Assembly: GCA_002633005.1 (NCBI GenBank)
Contig: NMRA01000064.1
Coordinates: forward strand, 752,360-816,359
DNA from: Phoronis australis
Taxonomy: Eukaryota > Animalia > Phoronida
DNA: 64,000 nucleotides
Direction of reading: 5' to 3'
Of the stretch, positions 1 through 13,985 are shown in pieces. Made by a program: the position numbers and the translations under genes. The first letter of the stretch is position 1. Each line of letters starts with the position of its first letter. The notes beneath the pieces were generated by a model that saw only the letters and a list, made by a program, of their open reading frames with translations, ran no database searches and was not told the DNA's origin.

Positions 1-182
1 CCCTGCGCATAGGCTGATTTAGGGGATCACAGGGGGCCTATATCCCTGCGCATAGGCTGATTTAGGAGATCACAGGGTCCTATTCCCCTGCGCATAGGCT
101 GATTTAGGGGGATCACAGAGGGCCTATCCCTCTGCGAATAGGCTGATTTAGGGGATAACAGGGGGTTCATCCCCCTGCGAAT
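1..182. repeat. Minisatellite, ~42-bp unit, ~4 copies, runs off window start
   Basis: Repeated CCCTGCGCATAGGCTGATTTAGGGGATCACAG core. Confidence 0.9.
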
Positions 183-3100
183 ACCTCCAAGAACGCTGAT
201 AGCTTGCCGTTTTAGGGCTTTTGCGGACATTTCATTCGAAAATTTCGGTTGAAATCCCTAGATGCGCCAGTGGCTCATTACTGCTGGAAGCCAGGCTCAT
301 CACGTTGGCTTGTCACAACGAGTCATTTTAGGAGCCGAACGTGATGTCAAGCGATAACGAATCCGGCTTCTTCTATGACTTAGGAGGATTAAATTCAGAC
401 AATGTTCAGCGGCAAGTAAAAGCTAATTCCTGTTCATAAAAAAAACCCGAATCCCTCTCTCTGTGAGTACTGCTCCTTCTTTTGAAACGAATGACTAGAT
501 GAGCATATAACTCTGTTTGCTGCTATTCTTTTTGCAAATATGTCGCTGTCAATCAAGGTTAAGTACCCAGTTATCAACCGGAAAATAAGTCTATCTCGAT
601 CTACCTAGTTAGATAAAGTTACTAATTACTTAAAATGCCAATGTCTGCTCCGGATACCAGTTTACTCACTGATGAATTCGAACTCATACCTTTTGTTTGT
701 ATTTTTCATCAGTACTTTACATGATCAATCTCCTTCTAAGTAATTTAGTTTAGAAAGGCTATGACCATTCAAGCGTGAGTGTTTCCTCGTAGTATCACGC
801 TCACTGCCACTGACCCGAGGGTACACTGAAATGCCAGGGAATGGAAAAATACCACTGGTCTTCACTTTAATAAGTATTTCACCTTGTACGTTGCCATGAC
901 CTTGTCCACCCTTACAGATGTCCATTTCTGTCGTTCCGTGACAGACGTGGGTAATTTACTTTGCTAGAAATACCTTTCTTACTGACGGTTCTGGTTTTCG
1001 CGAACGATGACTACAAAAATATAATTTCATGTATTTACTGGTTAAAAACGCTATCCGAAAGAAGAGTAACATTACTTGTACATGTTCATTGTGCGTGGCC
1101 ACGACAATATCCGTATTTGATTATATGTTCACTGGAGCCAAGATATGCTCCTACACTTAGCAGGGAACCGACGTCAATTGACACTGCGTAGCCTTAATTT
1201 GGTCGAAATGCATGAAAACACGGAATAATATGTGGACGTTCTTTAGTCCAACCAGTAATGTCTTGTAACGTTCGGTCACGGAAGTAACTTAATATTCATC
1301 CATAGCGTGCACCCCAGCATTGGGCGTTCTGTGATGAGCCACGACACATCCAATTTATTGAATTGAACAACAGGTATTTTATTATTCAAAAGCTCTACTT
1401 CTTGTCCGAGTAAGGCAAAATTGGAGTGTGATTATGTTGAGTAAAAGAGGCTATACAACTGCCTTCCAACAGTGAAAAACAATTTTTGATTTAGTCTAGT
1501 TACTGTAATGAAATTGATTTCAAATTGTTCCTTAGATCAAGTCAGACGTAGTTTCAGGGTTTAGAGAAACTGAAAATTGAATTGTCACGGCGAGTCATGT
1601 AGGGTCGAGCATGGTCTCAAGAAACCACTTGTGGTTTTAGGGACGAATTGAGGCCACTTTTACAGCGGCGAAAGCTCTAAATTAGAAAATTCGTTTCTTA
1701 GAAATCGCGTTTGTAGCCCACTAAGCCGCTTTAAGTGGTCGTATTAAAAAATTTCTGCTTTTGATTTCAAAAGCCATCGCATGCGAGTGCTTGGCGGCTC
1801 TAACTCTAAGAAGAGACTCGAAGAAAATCACCAAACATAATTCTGTTTCTCTTCATTCGTGCGTATGTGGAGCTCAGGCAAATGCTGTTTACCACTACCA
1901 CATCCTGGCTCTACTTAATATAAAATGGCCGCTGTCAGGAGCATAGCTTATCACAGTCTGCTCCACACGCTTTGATCAGCATAGCTCCATTTCTGAGACT
2001 GAATCCATGGCAAACGCAACCCTGTTTCTCAATATTTTACACTCACGACGTGGTGTGAGCCGGTCCTCCAGGATTAACTTACCCGGAAACTGAACCGAGT
2101 TGAGCTCTCGCAAACATGCGATATGAACTCAAGGTTTAAATTTAGTAGGGCCTATTTGACATTGCATGAATCTCGACTCTCCCAATTCATTTCTAACATA
2201 AGCAATTTTCAGCGCATCATTTGTCGTTCCCTGAAATATTGTTTGAGACTTGACATTGACAAGTTTTCTTTTCAAGGAGTAAAAGCCGCGGACGACGCCA
2301 GGAAGAATGAGTTTGCGATCTATTTTTAAATCAAAATACGTCACTCGTCTTACCTCGTCAGCTCGCTAAATGCCGCGAGTGTAAAAACTTTTTGAGAGAC
2401 TGGGACAAGTTTGGGAATCCATGGATGTAGAAAACGGGACTTTAACTGACCCACACGCTACATCACAAACCGGACGTGCGCATTTGCGTATAAATGGAAG
2501 CAAGACTTTGTTTGCATTGTTAAAACGCATGGAGGCACGTTTCATATGCTTGATTCAGCCAAGAATGTGCAAAAACCGTGCGTTAACAGTAGGTTATTTA
2601 CAGAAGTTTGCAATTATACCCTTATCTCTATTTTCGCTCAACTTATACAAGATGTCCCGGTCTTAAGCGGTCCTAACAACGTTACCGGGGCATATCTAAA
2701 ATGTTAACGTTTTATTCAATGCAACGCACCTAAAATGGCGGCATTACAACTAGTGTACAGTGCCGAGTCAGTTTGCAAAAATTTGTACGGATCTTTTCTC
2801 AACTTTCATTTCTCTTGAAACCCCAAGTCTCGGCATCATAGTTTTGGGTTCACCAGTTTATCGAATAACTGAAAAGCAGGTGGTGGCAGCATATCGTGAC
2901 GTCTGCGCTGCAGTTAAAAACACGTGACTCATTATTTGCTTGACAAGAGAAGAGGGTTTATATCGCTTTCGACCGTGATGCAATACCAAGATATTTATAA
3001 GGAGAAACAATATTGAATTGTTGATTGTGAAAGGGACATCATCGATTATGCAGCCGATAACCGCATTTTTGGAATATTTGTTGGATGGATAAAGTTCTTG

Positions 3101-5126
3101 AAGTTATTGGCTTTGATCAGAGTAACAACGCCCATTTTAATTGTTTTCGCAATTTTATCACATGTCACCAATTTTCGGTTTTCTGCAAGACATTTGCTGA
3201 AATCAAGACCGACAACTAAACCAGTTAAAAAGCTTTAGCATTCTCTGCCATTTATCGAGGTGAAGTTGGCTCGGCCAGCAGACCGTTAAATCTAGGGCTG
3301 TGGCCACGTAGTTTCTAGGTTCAATTCCACACCGAGGGTCATGTTCCTTTAAACGGTCCATTTCTCATAACATTCCCCAGCTTCACTTGTTGGCGCAGGA
3401 GCCTTTCCTTTGTATATGGGCGTCTTTTTAAAAACTGGTTGTTTTTCGTACCTACGTTTGTATCCGTTCTTAAAGCTTTTCAGTTAATGATTACATGTGC
3501 GTTTTGAATACACTTCAACGTCTATGATTTTTAACGAACAAGTTTTAACTCTTGTTGGTTCTTGGTTTTACTCAAGTGTAGCGCATGTAGGGGCATGTGA
3601 CGAATACATTTTCTATAAAAAAACAAAACAAACAGCTATCTGGAAACTAAGTAATTTTACTTTCAATTCACAATCAAGTAGTTGGTATACTTTCATTTCA
3701 CAATCAAGTTATTCGCCCCACGTTTTTGCCTCATAGCAATATGCTAATAGTTCTCGACTAGGACTGGACTTGGTATTAATTTTCGTGCAAAAGGTTGAAT
3801 AAAGAATGTTAGCATTTCGAACTTTTATTCATGCGAAAGATTTTTTTTATGTAAGAAGATTGCCATTACTTGGTTTACGTTATAATGTTACGTCGTGTAA
3901 TTCCTGATATTATATCTTCGTGAAACAATGGTTTTAAACGAATCGTTAGAAAAATGAGAATACCTGATAACAGTTAAGTAGAATACCCTGAGTCAAAATA
4001 GTCTTTTGAAGCACAGAGTTCTGTGTGTTGGTTCAGACTGATTCACTTATGTCCAAAATTCCATTTGACAAAACTCTGAGCGCAGTGCAGAGCGCTATAG
4101 ACTCAAATTCTGGAGAAAATAATTTTGTGGTCAATACGGCTTAAGAGAATTGCATACGTAGGATGCTCAGTTATGAAAAGGAACTCCACGCGTCAACCGG
4201 TAAAGGAATTGCCATCTCGCCTGCTTAAGATGGTGAAAATGTGCAGTGTTGAGGTCGTTGACCAAACTTCTACGCTTGTCCGGATTGCATTTTATCGCAA
4301 GTTATCACATCAATGTATTATATGTGAATGACGTCAGAGCTCATGAAAGAGGTAGTTGTATTTCAAAAGAAAACGCTTGCCAGTTTCATTAGTGATTTGC
4401 TTACAAAACTATACGTTTTGTACAGACATACGTTCATGTTTAAAGATACGTGTAGCGTTTTCCACACAAATTAAATTTCCCATGTTTGATACATTAGCGC
4501 GCACCAAAAATATAAAACTAACGTCATATTCGTAAACGCTTCATCGTATAACAACCAATGAGTGCTTCAATGCCTTGGATTGCCACACTTCACAGAAACT
4601 TGATTCGGCCACGGAACTCCGTTTATAAAAAAAAAACCCGTTCATACGGTCAGGAACAATTTCAGGCACCAAAATAAACACATGAATCCCGCGCTCAATC
4701 AGGTCCCACTCAGTGATAATTAAGTCAAAAGCAAGTCGCGTACTTGAAACTGGAATGAATAAAGTTACCGCCGGTGGATCTTCCCAATGGAAGGATCTAT
4801 GGTCTCCGTGCTGATGTCAGGTGTAATTTGGAAAGGTCGGTCACTCGCCGTATAAAGAATCAAAACGAAATAAAATAAGGGTTCCACCCCAAACATCATC
4901 CAAAACAATGGTTTTCAAGGGTGGCACTGCTGGGTCTTTAAAAGGATAGTAAGCCCAATCATAGTTCTGCCTACTGCTAATGCATCACTGGCGACAATCA
5001 TCAAAGATGAAATCAAGAATCATCTAAAGACTCATACTGTCTATGTCACAGATTGGATTTTACGATTCTTATTGGGTAGTCTTTCCCCACAGTTGCTCTG
5101 TAATTCGCTAATGGCGTAGGCCGGAT

Positions 5127-5581
5127 CCGTTCCAAACACCGTAACTCCATTCACTAGTCTATTAAATGCAAGCCGTTACATGCTTGCAGCTCACTGTAAT
5201 ATATTACTAAAATACATTATACACCGTAACACTCTTCAACGAGTCCTACATGCGTGTTACAGTGTGCTCCTGAATCAAGCCGATGTTAACTCTTGTTGCC
5301 AAGATTTTCGCTTATATTCAGCTCCGAGACTAGTGGCAATCTGTATTTCGCCCCGAATTTACAAAATGGCCGCCTCAGATGAAAGTAATGCTATCCCAGA
5401 ACTCTCAGGTCTCTCGACTTCACACTTATTCTCGTTGCTCAAAGAAAAGACCTCTCATTGTGGGCCTGTTGAAGAGTGTTACAGTGTATAAAGTAGTGTA
5501 GTAATATATTACAGTGACTTACTAGAGTGTAATGACTTGCATTTAATAGACTTTTGAATGGAGTTACTGCGTTTGGAACGG
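5127..5581. mobile_element. MITE-like element with long imperfect terminal inverted repeats
   Basis: CCGTTCCAAACACCGTAACTCCATTCA..AGTCTATTAAATGCAAG mirrored by CTTGCATTTAATAGACT..TGAATGGAGTTACTGCGTTTGGAACGG. Confidence 0.7.
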
Positions 5582-5745
5582 GTGGTAGGCCACGCTTGCC
5601 TGTTTAGGAGACTTTGAAACAGTTTTCAAAACTTCTTCCAAACATTTGAGGGTTGTCGAGGGTTACACAGCATTATATTGTTTCAGAAAGATGGATGGGA
5701 AGTCGTTTTCAATATCTGTTCAAGGGCCAAAAAAGGTTTGGTGTC

Positions 5746-5886
5746 TTTTTTAACAGAAGTATGCAGGTCACAGAACCACGTACACAATACACTTTTAACA
5801 AAAGTATGCAGGTCACAGAACGCCGTACACAATACACTTTTAACAGAAGTATGTAGGTCACAGAACCACGCACACAATACACTTTA
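5746..5886. repeat. Tandem repeat, 45-bp unit x3
   Basis: TAACAGAAGTATGCAGGTCACAGAACCACGTACACAATACACTTT at 5751, 5796, 5841. Confidence 0.95.
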
Positions 5887-6333
5887 AGTTTCAGTAACCT
5901 AGATACTAGTTGCGTTACAATTAATAATGTAATTTCCAGGAATTCGATACAAAGAGTATTTGTTGAACAGCTATAATATTAAGCCACCACCGTTGAACGA
6001 AATTACTAAATCGAATTTTTCATTAATTGCTGACGACATTTTTTTCCAAACGTTAACTCAAACTTTGGTTCTAGAGCAGTGTTAATTCGTTCAAATGTGA
6101 ACTAGCAACCGATAGCAAAATTTTCCAAGTTATATCGTTATAACCAAAAACCCGTTCTGGATCTGATGAAATCATGTGGTGAACTACTTGCAAAATCCTA
6201 CATCAGTCGTTCACTAGTTCAATATGTACACCTAAGTAGGATTACTCCTACTATGAAGTGGCGGAATAATACAAATCGATATGGATGAAAATATGACAAC
6301 CTCACTGCTGCTTGCCCGCTTAAGGTCTTCGAC

Positions 6334-6552
6334 ATGTTTTTTGAGGATTGTTTAATAAACGTTTCTCAGGAAAAACAATTATTGTACAAACCTCAATATT
6401 CATTGAACTTCACAACTGAAATAGTTTGTCTTGAATTAATTAACATATTTTACTATATTGACAACGTACAAATTCCACTGGCAATGTTTATCGATATCTC
6501 GAAGGTTTTTGATACAGTAAATTACAGCTTGCTACTTTTCAAACTAAGCAGT
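6334..6552 (+). mobile_element. Decayed non-LTR retrotransposon RT fragment (L2/CR1-like)
   Basis: PLAMFIDISKVFDTVNYSLLLFKL matches the RT motif FxDxSKAFDxVxHxxLLxKL. Confidence 0.75.
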
Positions 6553-9500
6553 CGTACACTCAAAAAGTATATCGGACGTCTGACTCGTCGTCAAAAAAAT
6601 GCATGTTAACGTTGTCCAGAAGTCGTCTGATCTCCCTTGTTATCATCCTCTCCGAAATCAGACCGCAGATCTGCCTTCTGGTTAGTGTCTTTCACCCATG
6701 GCTTCTCATGAGACGGCTGCTAGAAATCCTGAGTGAGCGTTCCTTTGATGATCTGCCCTCCAACAAACATCGTATCTCCCGTTTAAAAATTACGCATAGG
6801 AATGCGATATTAGTAAGAATAGAGTTTGAATTCTGAGATTAAACCCAGGGTCTTGAACATGGGATAACAGCTTTATTTGTCAATATTCATTACAACACTT
6901 TCGTAGTAAGCGAACTTTATCATAAAATACAATAGGCCTGAGTTCCGTATAAGCAAGAATTTCGCCAGCAAGGATAGCGTAACCACGTGCTTCTCTTGTA
7001 ATGCTTGTCCATATCTCGTGAATACTTGCGTTGTCTTGCATTTTCGCGAGTTTCTTGTGTCTATGTAACCCAGCCAAGCTAACCTGTTTGGTTGTAATTG
7101 AACGGAGGTCATGTTCGGTGTCAATTAAGAAGCATGTTCCGAAGCTCACCACAAGATTTACTAAGAAATATCAGAACTTGTCTGGTATAGAAATCAATAG
7201 GGTACCACTTGTCTTCATAGTCTGATTTCTTTGTAAGGACCTTCTTTCATACGTAAACGGTAGCCATGCCCTGACTGGTTACATGCATGAATAAGATAGG
7301 GAAGACACTATTTTTGTTTATCATCTTTCTTTTTATTCTGTATGCTAATTTCAAATCTGTAGCGGTACATCCGTATATCGAGGTATGCAAAGTCGTTATC
7401 AAAACACTAACAGTGTTTATATGTCTTACATCAGTGTGTGCTATAATAAACAATGCCGTCCACACGTGTCTTAATTACTCTTCGGCTGGTATTGAACAAC
7501 GGATCGATATGTTATTGAGAATAGACTGTCGCCCAATCCGTGTTATTCTGGTAGCAAATCGGTCAATTGAATCAAGGGCATAGTGAATAATTCGTGTTGA
7601 TTGCACTAAACAGATTAACCAAAATATTGGCAGATGCGAATTAGAAGCTGGAGATATGTTATGGGAACCTATAGAGTGGGTAATGTCCAGAACAGACGTT
7701 GGTATTTAATACACATTACCGGAGTCTATTTCTTTTCATTGCTGTTTCTTGTTGGTTTTGATTAGCCAGGTGTTTCGTGAACGGTCAAGAGCCATAGCTA
7801 GAAGGAAATGCACTGACGTCTATTGCACGTGACTAGACAATAAGTGGCTATAATTTAGATGATTACAATTAATGTTTATGACAACGCCAGTTCCATCCAT
7901 ATTAATCCATTTATCAAAATTATTGCCAATTCCAACCCATGGTTAATTGCATAATGTCGATGACGAGAATGGAATAGCGGCCTGTTCTACGTTTTCATGT
8001 TACCGAGTGCGTTGATGCCTGGTTTTTTAGCAACACGAACAAGTGAATAGCATCTCAATGATCATGTGTAAATGCTAGTTGGCTGGGGATTCATTTCAAT
8101 GCCTCGCACCTGTTCCAGAGCGTTATTTCATTTTCTGAGGCGCACCTTGTATCCCTACCTCACGTTGTACAGTAAGTCACACAATGGCGCCTGATGGAGT
8201 TCAGCCAGGATGAAAATCTGCGTTGACCTTTAATTATAGATTAATTTTACTACGAACACAGCTGCTTTCATCGTGTATTAGTTCAGCAGTTTATGTACAA
8301 ACACATTAGACTTTTTCCGCCTAAAGTTCTTGAGTCGTCTAGTAAAGATTGCGCACCTTGCGAAAATTTGTTCCGCTGACGTCGTCTGCTACATTTTATC
8401 ATTTTCATTCATTCCTTAATTGTCTTAAAATTTTCCTAAATCCTATCAAAACAATTGAATAAAATCCTTGATATATCTCCAAGACAAGCTGTAAGAGGGC
8501 GATGTTTGTAATGAAGACGCCGGAAGTTTATTGATAATTATAAAACATTGGTTATAATAATTTTAATTATTCCAGTAAACGGAAAAAGTCCTCAAGCGCG
8601 AATTAAACATTATCTCTTCAACACAGAAGCAATAGATCTTGAAAAGCATGACTCCCACAGGACAATCAGGAGACTGATATTGAATTGTTCGCTGGCACTT
8701 GCAAGAAATTTGCGCTTTTTAGATTCACTAACTAGGCGCCAAACCGCGTGCGCAATCATGACATCGTCATGGTCAGAATGCTAATTCTAAAGAATGGATC
8801 TTCCGTTTTGATAGATGCTAGAGATAACATAAATAAGCCGCCATTGACTACGTTAGCTTCATGTGTAATTATAAAATTCACATTTCGTTCAAGCCTATCA
8901 AGTTTAATAATAATGCGAATTACCTCGTCAGAAAATTGTCAGAGTGAGACATACGTATTGCATAGATGGGAACCTCTCCTACACGGTAATCTCATATGGA
9001 AAAATACTAATTGAGAGATTGAGGATAACAATTTCTGTAAACCGGAATTAGAAGTAGCCATCAGTAATAACTTTTGTCCGTGACGTCACTTTGTCAGTGT
9101 CAACTCATTTCATTTCAAATACATCGTTTACGACAAACGAGGTGGAAACCAACTCTTACCACGGTTGGGCACCCTTAACACACACCACAAAAATCCTACC
9201 ACGCACAAAAACCCTTACCTAGAAACCTGAACTCCAACCAAACTCAGGCACTGACGCCACAGAAAAAATGCAATGCAAGTGACCGAAAACGTTACACATT
9301 GAAACTAGTAGGTCGCGCAGGTGCACTCAAATTGTATATGGTAAGGGTGACTGAATAAGGTTGGAGTCTATGTACCGTGGTAAGGACATTTTATGTTTGG
9401 TAAGTGTTGGCCGTGTGTGGTAAGAGTTGGCCTCCACCCAAAGCCCAAAGTAATGTCTGTATAGTATAATGTGGCAAGTATCAACGACAAGGGTTGGAAA

Positions 9501-9642
9501 CGAGTCTGTGGTCACGCCTCTAAATTCCAGTTCCGATCCCTTAAGCCCCAGTCACTTTCACGAAACGGTCCCCAGGCCACAGGTATGAATTATTTTCAGT
9601 GCGTGTATGGAGTTAAATGGTGAGGGTATGGAATTTGTATCG

Positions 9643-9894
9643 CAGTGGCGGATTTAAGGGTGGGGGGCAAGGGGGCCATGCCCCCCTAAAATTTACCCAG
9701 ATACCATTCGGGGGGCGAATGCAAAATGCATAGGCCTTGAACAAACCCCGTATACCCTTTTTTGTAATGAGTTCCACAAACTCATACATTCGAGACCCCT
9801 GTGTCCCCTGTAGGCTGGACACGTGCATGTGGCGAAATTGTGGTTATTCCTGTGCCTTGGCTCCCTCTAACTCAAAATCCTGGATCCGCCCCTG
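9643..9894. mobile_element. MITE (CAGTGGCGGAT...ATCCGCCCCTG), ~5-bp TSD
   Basis: Terminal inverted repeats; flanks TATCG/TATCA; related copy at 12112-12583. Confidence 0.8.
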
Positions 9895-9946
9895 TATCAC
9901 GTGTTTTATGTTTGCATAATAATTTAATCCGCACTTTCTCTTGCAG

Positions 9947-10057
9947 CTGACGTTAGGCGGCGCGTCGGTATAATTAACGAGAGACCCACCCGCTGTTGGA
10001 ACTTCATATCAAGTAGCAAGAATATACCAGCGTACTTCGACGTTCCCTCGCTGATAC
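9947..10057 (+). CDS. PMP22/claudin-superfamily tetraspan protein, internal exon (first extracellular loop)
   Basis: ttgcag acceptor, gtaag donor, 111 nt, phase 1-1, open frame DVRRRVGIINERPTRCWNF..PSLI; joins the 12713 exon in frame; upstream exon(s) not located. Confidence 0.65.
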
Positions 10058-12111
10058 GTAAGACGTTTACATATACACTTTACACGGTGCATACATGCAT
10101 AGGGCTCGTTCCGTAAACGCTAGATACTTGCGAATGATCGCTCGTGAGATCAAATGGTTCGCTAGTTGTCTAAAGCGTGGTGACATCTGGAGAAGATTCA
10201 ACACGTGATCTCGACAAACGTACCTAAGTTTGCCCTACGGAACGCGGCCTGCAGCTGAAAATATCTACCATACCAAACGTAGTATTTTTACATCAAAACA
10301 AACACTATTTTTCGTGATAGTTTTCAATTCTCATCTCGGTGGAAACACACCCCTTACATGAAAATGCATCTGTAAAAAGTGACCCTATCGTAGATTTTAG
10401 AGGAACAGTCTATTTAGCCTAGTCATTATTTCTATCTCTAACATATTCGTTAACACTTTTGACGGCTGATATCTCCGCAGTTCAGTCCAAAATGGAAAAT
10501 CGCGGCATAAACCATGACATAAATGTGCAAATTTTCATATGAATCGACCAACACTCCAAAGAGAAATCCATGTTCCAAACAGCTTAAAGCGTCGAAAATC
10601 AAAATGCCTGAAACGGTTGTTACTGTGTGTCACGTACATGAAATTGAAATCTATAGAAATTGCCCTTAACAACTTGCACATTTCGTGCCTAAATAGTATA
10701 CGAATATCAAATTGTGAAGAAAAAACAGTTTTTGTGCACTTCATGTGCATTTTACCATTTTGGTTAACAGTGCAGTCAATTTGGCATTGTGGTTGGATTT
10801 GGTTGGTAGGTGGAGCTATTCTTCGAACTCCTCATCTTGTCCACTGAGGCTAACTCTTTGTGTTCAGTGGCCCTGCATGCGGTAATTAGTCGCCAAGCAA
10901 ACCCATTGAGATCTTCATTTGAGCTTACAATTCATGCCGATGTCCAAGACATACTCCCCGGGTCTAGCCCCTGTTTTACTACACGCACCCCAACTTCCGT
11001 GGTGGAAACAATTTTATATGCCATGCTTAAAAATCAAATCAAAACGTTCGGGATGATAGTACTGGTGGCAACTGACAGGACTAAGCGTTATTTTGATTAT
11101 ATTATGGTTTACATTTGTGCTGCGATGCCTTTTCCCATAAAGTGATTATATCGCCCGCAGCAGTATTTTCACTTCTGCAGACCGCACATCTCAAAATAGA
11201 CCCAGAATACACGCATCTTATCTCGTTCACAGATCAATGCCTGAAGTCAATACCCGTTCATCTCTACGTTATTGTTATTGAACTAATCATTAAATCGATT
11301 CCTTCACATTTCTTACTTGTTAACCTATTTTTTATCATATTGTTTTCAATTAACCTTACACCACACCAGTGCTCCGAAATATTTACATTTTGAATTGGTA
11401 ATTACACGATCTACCCTGATTATGTTTTGTCGTAAGTACTAAGTATGTTCATACCAACTTCAAACGACATCAAGATGTGTACAATAAGTCTGTTTGCAAT
11501 GATGAAAAAACGATTCATATCCTCGCTTTGCCTGACGTTACGCAGTGAATTCACACGCTGTTGGTTTTGATGAAAGTCACGTCTGGGCTACAAGTAAATG
11601 ACATTTTTGGAATGTACGTCAATGCCTTGCTGATGTGATGCTGTTGCTGGATATGGCGCAATATGTGTCAATCATTGATAGTCACTTGGTGGTTTTGTGA
11701 AAAAGGTCATGACAAACACCACCAAACGGCGCACCTATAAAACATAGATATTCTTGTTTGCCGAATACGTCAAATTTACACATTCCTTGATTTTTTGTTG
11801 ACTATGTATTTTGTAAAGTGAGAGCAAAATTGCCACAGTCCCTATGAGTTTCTGTGCTTGCAGACAGTCCGTAAATGCAGGGTCACTGTACCAGTTGAAG
11901 TTATTCAAGGCACTGGCTCTTCTCAAAAGACTAGTTTACATGCTTTCGACATATTGGGACCGTGTTAACACGTCGTTATAACCGAATAGTTGTTACAAAG
12001 TTTCGTGAACGTCACTGTTCACCAGGTACCTGCCAATATCATTTTATGTGCTCGTGCTTTAAGTTTTGTACAGTTCTTTTTAAGCAGAAATTATCGCGGA
12101 ATAGATGTACG

Positions 12112-12583
12112 AAGTGGCGGATTTTTTTTGGGGGGGGGGGACAAGGGGGCCATGACCCCCCTAAAATTCTTTCAGATACCATTTGGCAGTTCGGGGTGCA
12201 AATTGCTGACTAGCATATACGCGCACCCAGGGGGGCTCGGGGGCGAATGCACAATGCGTAGGCCTTGAACAAACCCCATTTACCGTTTTTTTTTAGTAAT
12301 AAGGTCCAGAAATCCAAAATTCGAGACCACTGCATCCCTACATTTTAGGCTGGGCGCGCGCGTGTGGCGAAATTCTGCCTCCCGTTCAGCAACGCTAGGA
12401 CCTCGCTAAAAAGCAAGACTTCGCGAGATTACGAGAGATATTGCCGTGCGTTTTAAATTAGAGCGCGGGACTTTGGCTAGGCTTTAGCTAGGTCCTATCG
12501 TAGGTCCTAGCCGCTACTGAACGTACGCCTGGTTATTCCTGTGCACTGGCCTCCCCTAACTCAAAATCCTGAATCCGCCCCTG
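12112..12583. mobile_element. MITE of the 9643 family with a nested ~150-bp palindromic insertion (~12376-12529)
   Basis: Colinear with 9643-9894 apart from an extra CGTTCAG..TAGGACCT / AGGTCCTA..CTGAACG block; flanks GTACG/GTATG. Confidence 0.75.
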
Positions 12584-12712
12584 GTATGGTAGCTCTGCTT
12601 GTGTTATTATAATGATTGAATTAGACACTGGTCTGTTGGCAACAAATAAAACCAAATGATTAATGTCGCTGTTCATTTTAACTATCACTTATGCGCTTAA
12701 TATGTGTTTCAG

Positions 12713-12850
12713 ATTTGGAACGCGCCGCTTTCCTGTGCGCCGTCATCAGCCTTGTCGGAATGATGATGTCATTAGTAATGGGCGCCTATGGCTCCCTCAC
12801 GCGGATTAGAGGAAGTGTCGTCACTGCCTCATACGCGTCGCTAGTTTCCG
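12713..12850 (+). CDS. PMP22/claudin-superfamily protein, TM2-TM3 exon
   Basis: tttcag/gtgag sites, phase 1-1; HLERAAFLCAVISLVGMMMSLVMGAYGSLTRIRGSVVTASYASLVSG hydrophobic pattern. Confidence 0.8.
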
Positions 12851-13662
12851 GTGAGCTATTTTCAAAGTCTGAATCAGGAGAAATTGATTCACTTCAACTT
12901 AAAGGGTCGTTTATGTTATGATTTACTTGGTATATTCCTACATTAAATATTTTAAGTAAACTTAAAGCATAAATCAAAAGAGTTTAAAATCGATGGTTAT
13001 GTTATTGGCACAACCTTTGATATTAACAACTCAATTTATGATTATCCAACTCGAGTCAATCCCGGTGATAACTTTGACTTATAATGCCTATCGCTTTCAG
13101 CTACTCCAAGTAGAAACACAACATATATTTATGTGTTTATTATCCATCACAATACTGGGCAAATTGTTGAAAGTGACTCCTGAAGTCGGAACCATGTCAC
13201 ATCCAGTCAGTTTTCAGTATCATCTCTTCCAAAATGGGAAAACCGATTGGAAACCTACAAAGTATTCTATAGTCTCAGCAAAACCGCATGAATAGTGTAA
13301 CATTTGAGACGGGTTTTTGACTATAATTGCCGCCCGCACCCCTGAAGGTGTCAACTTAAAGACGGGTTTGGACGTTCTCAGAAGGAGTTTGGTGAAACAG
13401 GACCATAGCTGTTTGTGGCCTACTCGTGAAATTACAACACGAGAACGGCTGTTTTAGTTATTTACATTAAATTTCCATCAACAATAAATCTGACTAGCTC
13501 ACTGAGAAAAAGCAAATGTCCACTCAACACTAACGAAACAGTAAATAAACTTCGCGTGGATTGGTACACTGTTTCGAAACTCTCTGTGGCCTTCGTCAGC
13601 TACATGCACTATCATGTGCAACTATCCTGTCACTTGCAATTACCTCGTTGTTTTCATTTCAG

Positions 13663-13985
13663 GCATTTGTCTCACATTTGCCATCGCCATTTTTCACGGC
13701 AAGTGCTACCTCTTACAACGGCGACCCTTCATGGCAGACGAGTTTATCCCTTTTAAAAGTAAATTCAACAAGGCACGGACATACTCATTTGGTTGGTCTT
13801 TCGTAGTATCATGGATTTGTGTTTTCTTGTGTTTTGTCGAGTCGTGGATTTGGTTACACAAAGCGCAACACATGAAGGAGAAACAAGAAATGCACGAACG
13901 ATTGATGAAGCGGGAACAAAGAGGCAGCGAAGAACACATCACGCACGAAACGTACTACACAATCACATACATAGAGGACACCTAG
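13663..13985 (+). CDS. PMP22/claudin-superfamily protein, last coding exon (TM3, ECL2, TM4, tail)
   Basis: tttcag acceptor in matching phase; GICLTFAIAIF...YSFGWSFVVSW is the typical (Y/F)GWSFxxxW TM4 signature; stop TAG. Confidence 0.85.

Noticed and set aside
3260-3340. tRNA-like A/B boxes
   Set aside because: Too degenerate to fold; at most an old SINE remnant
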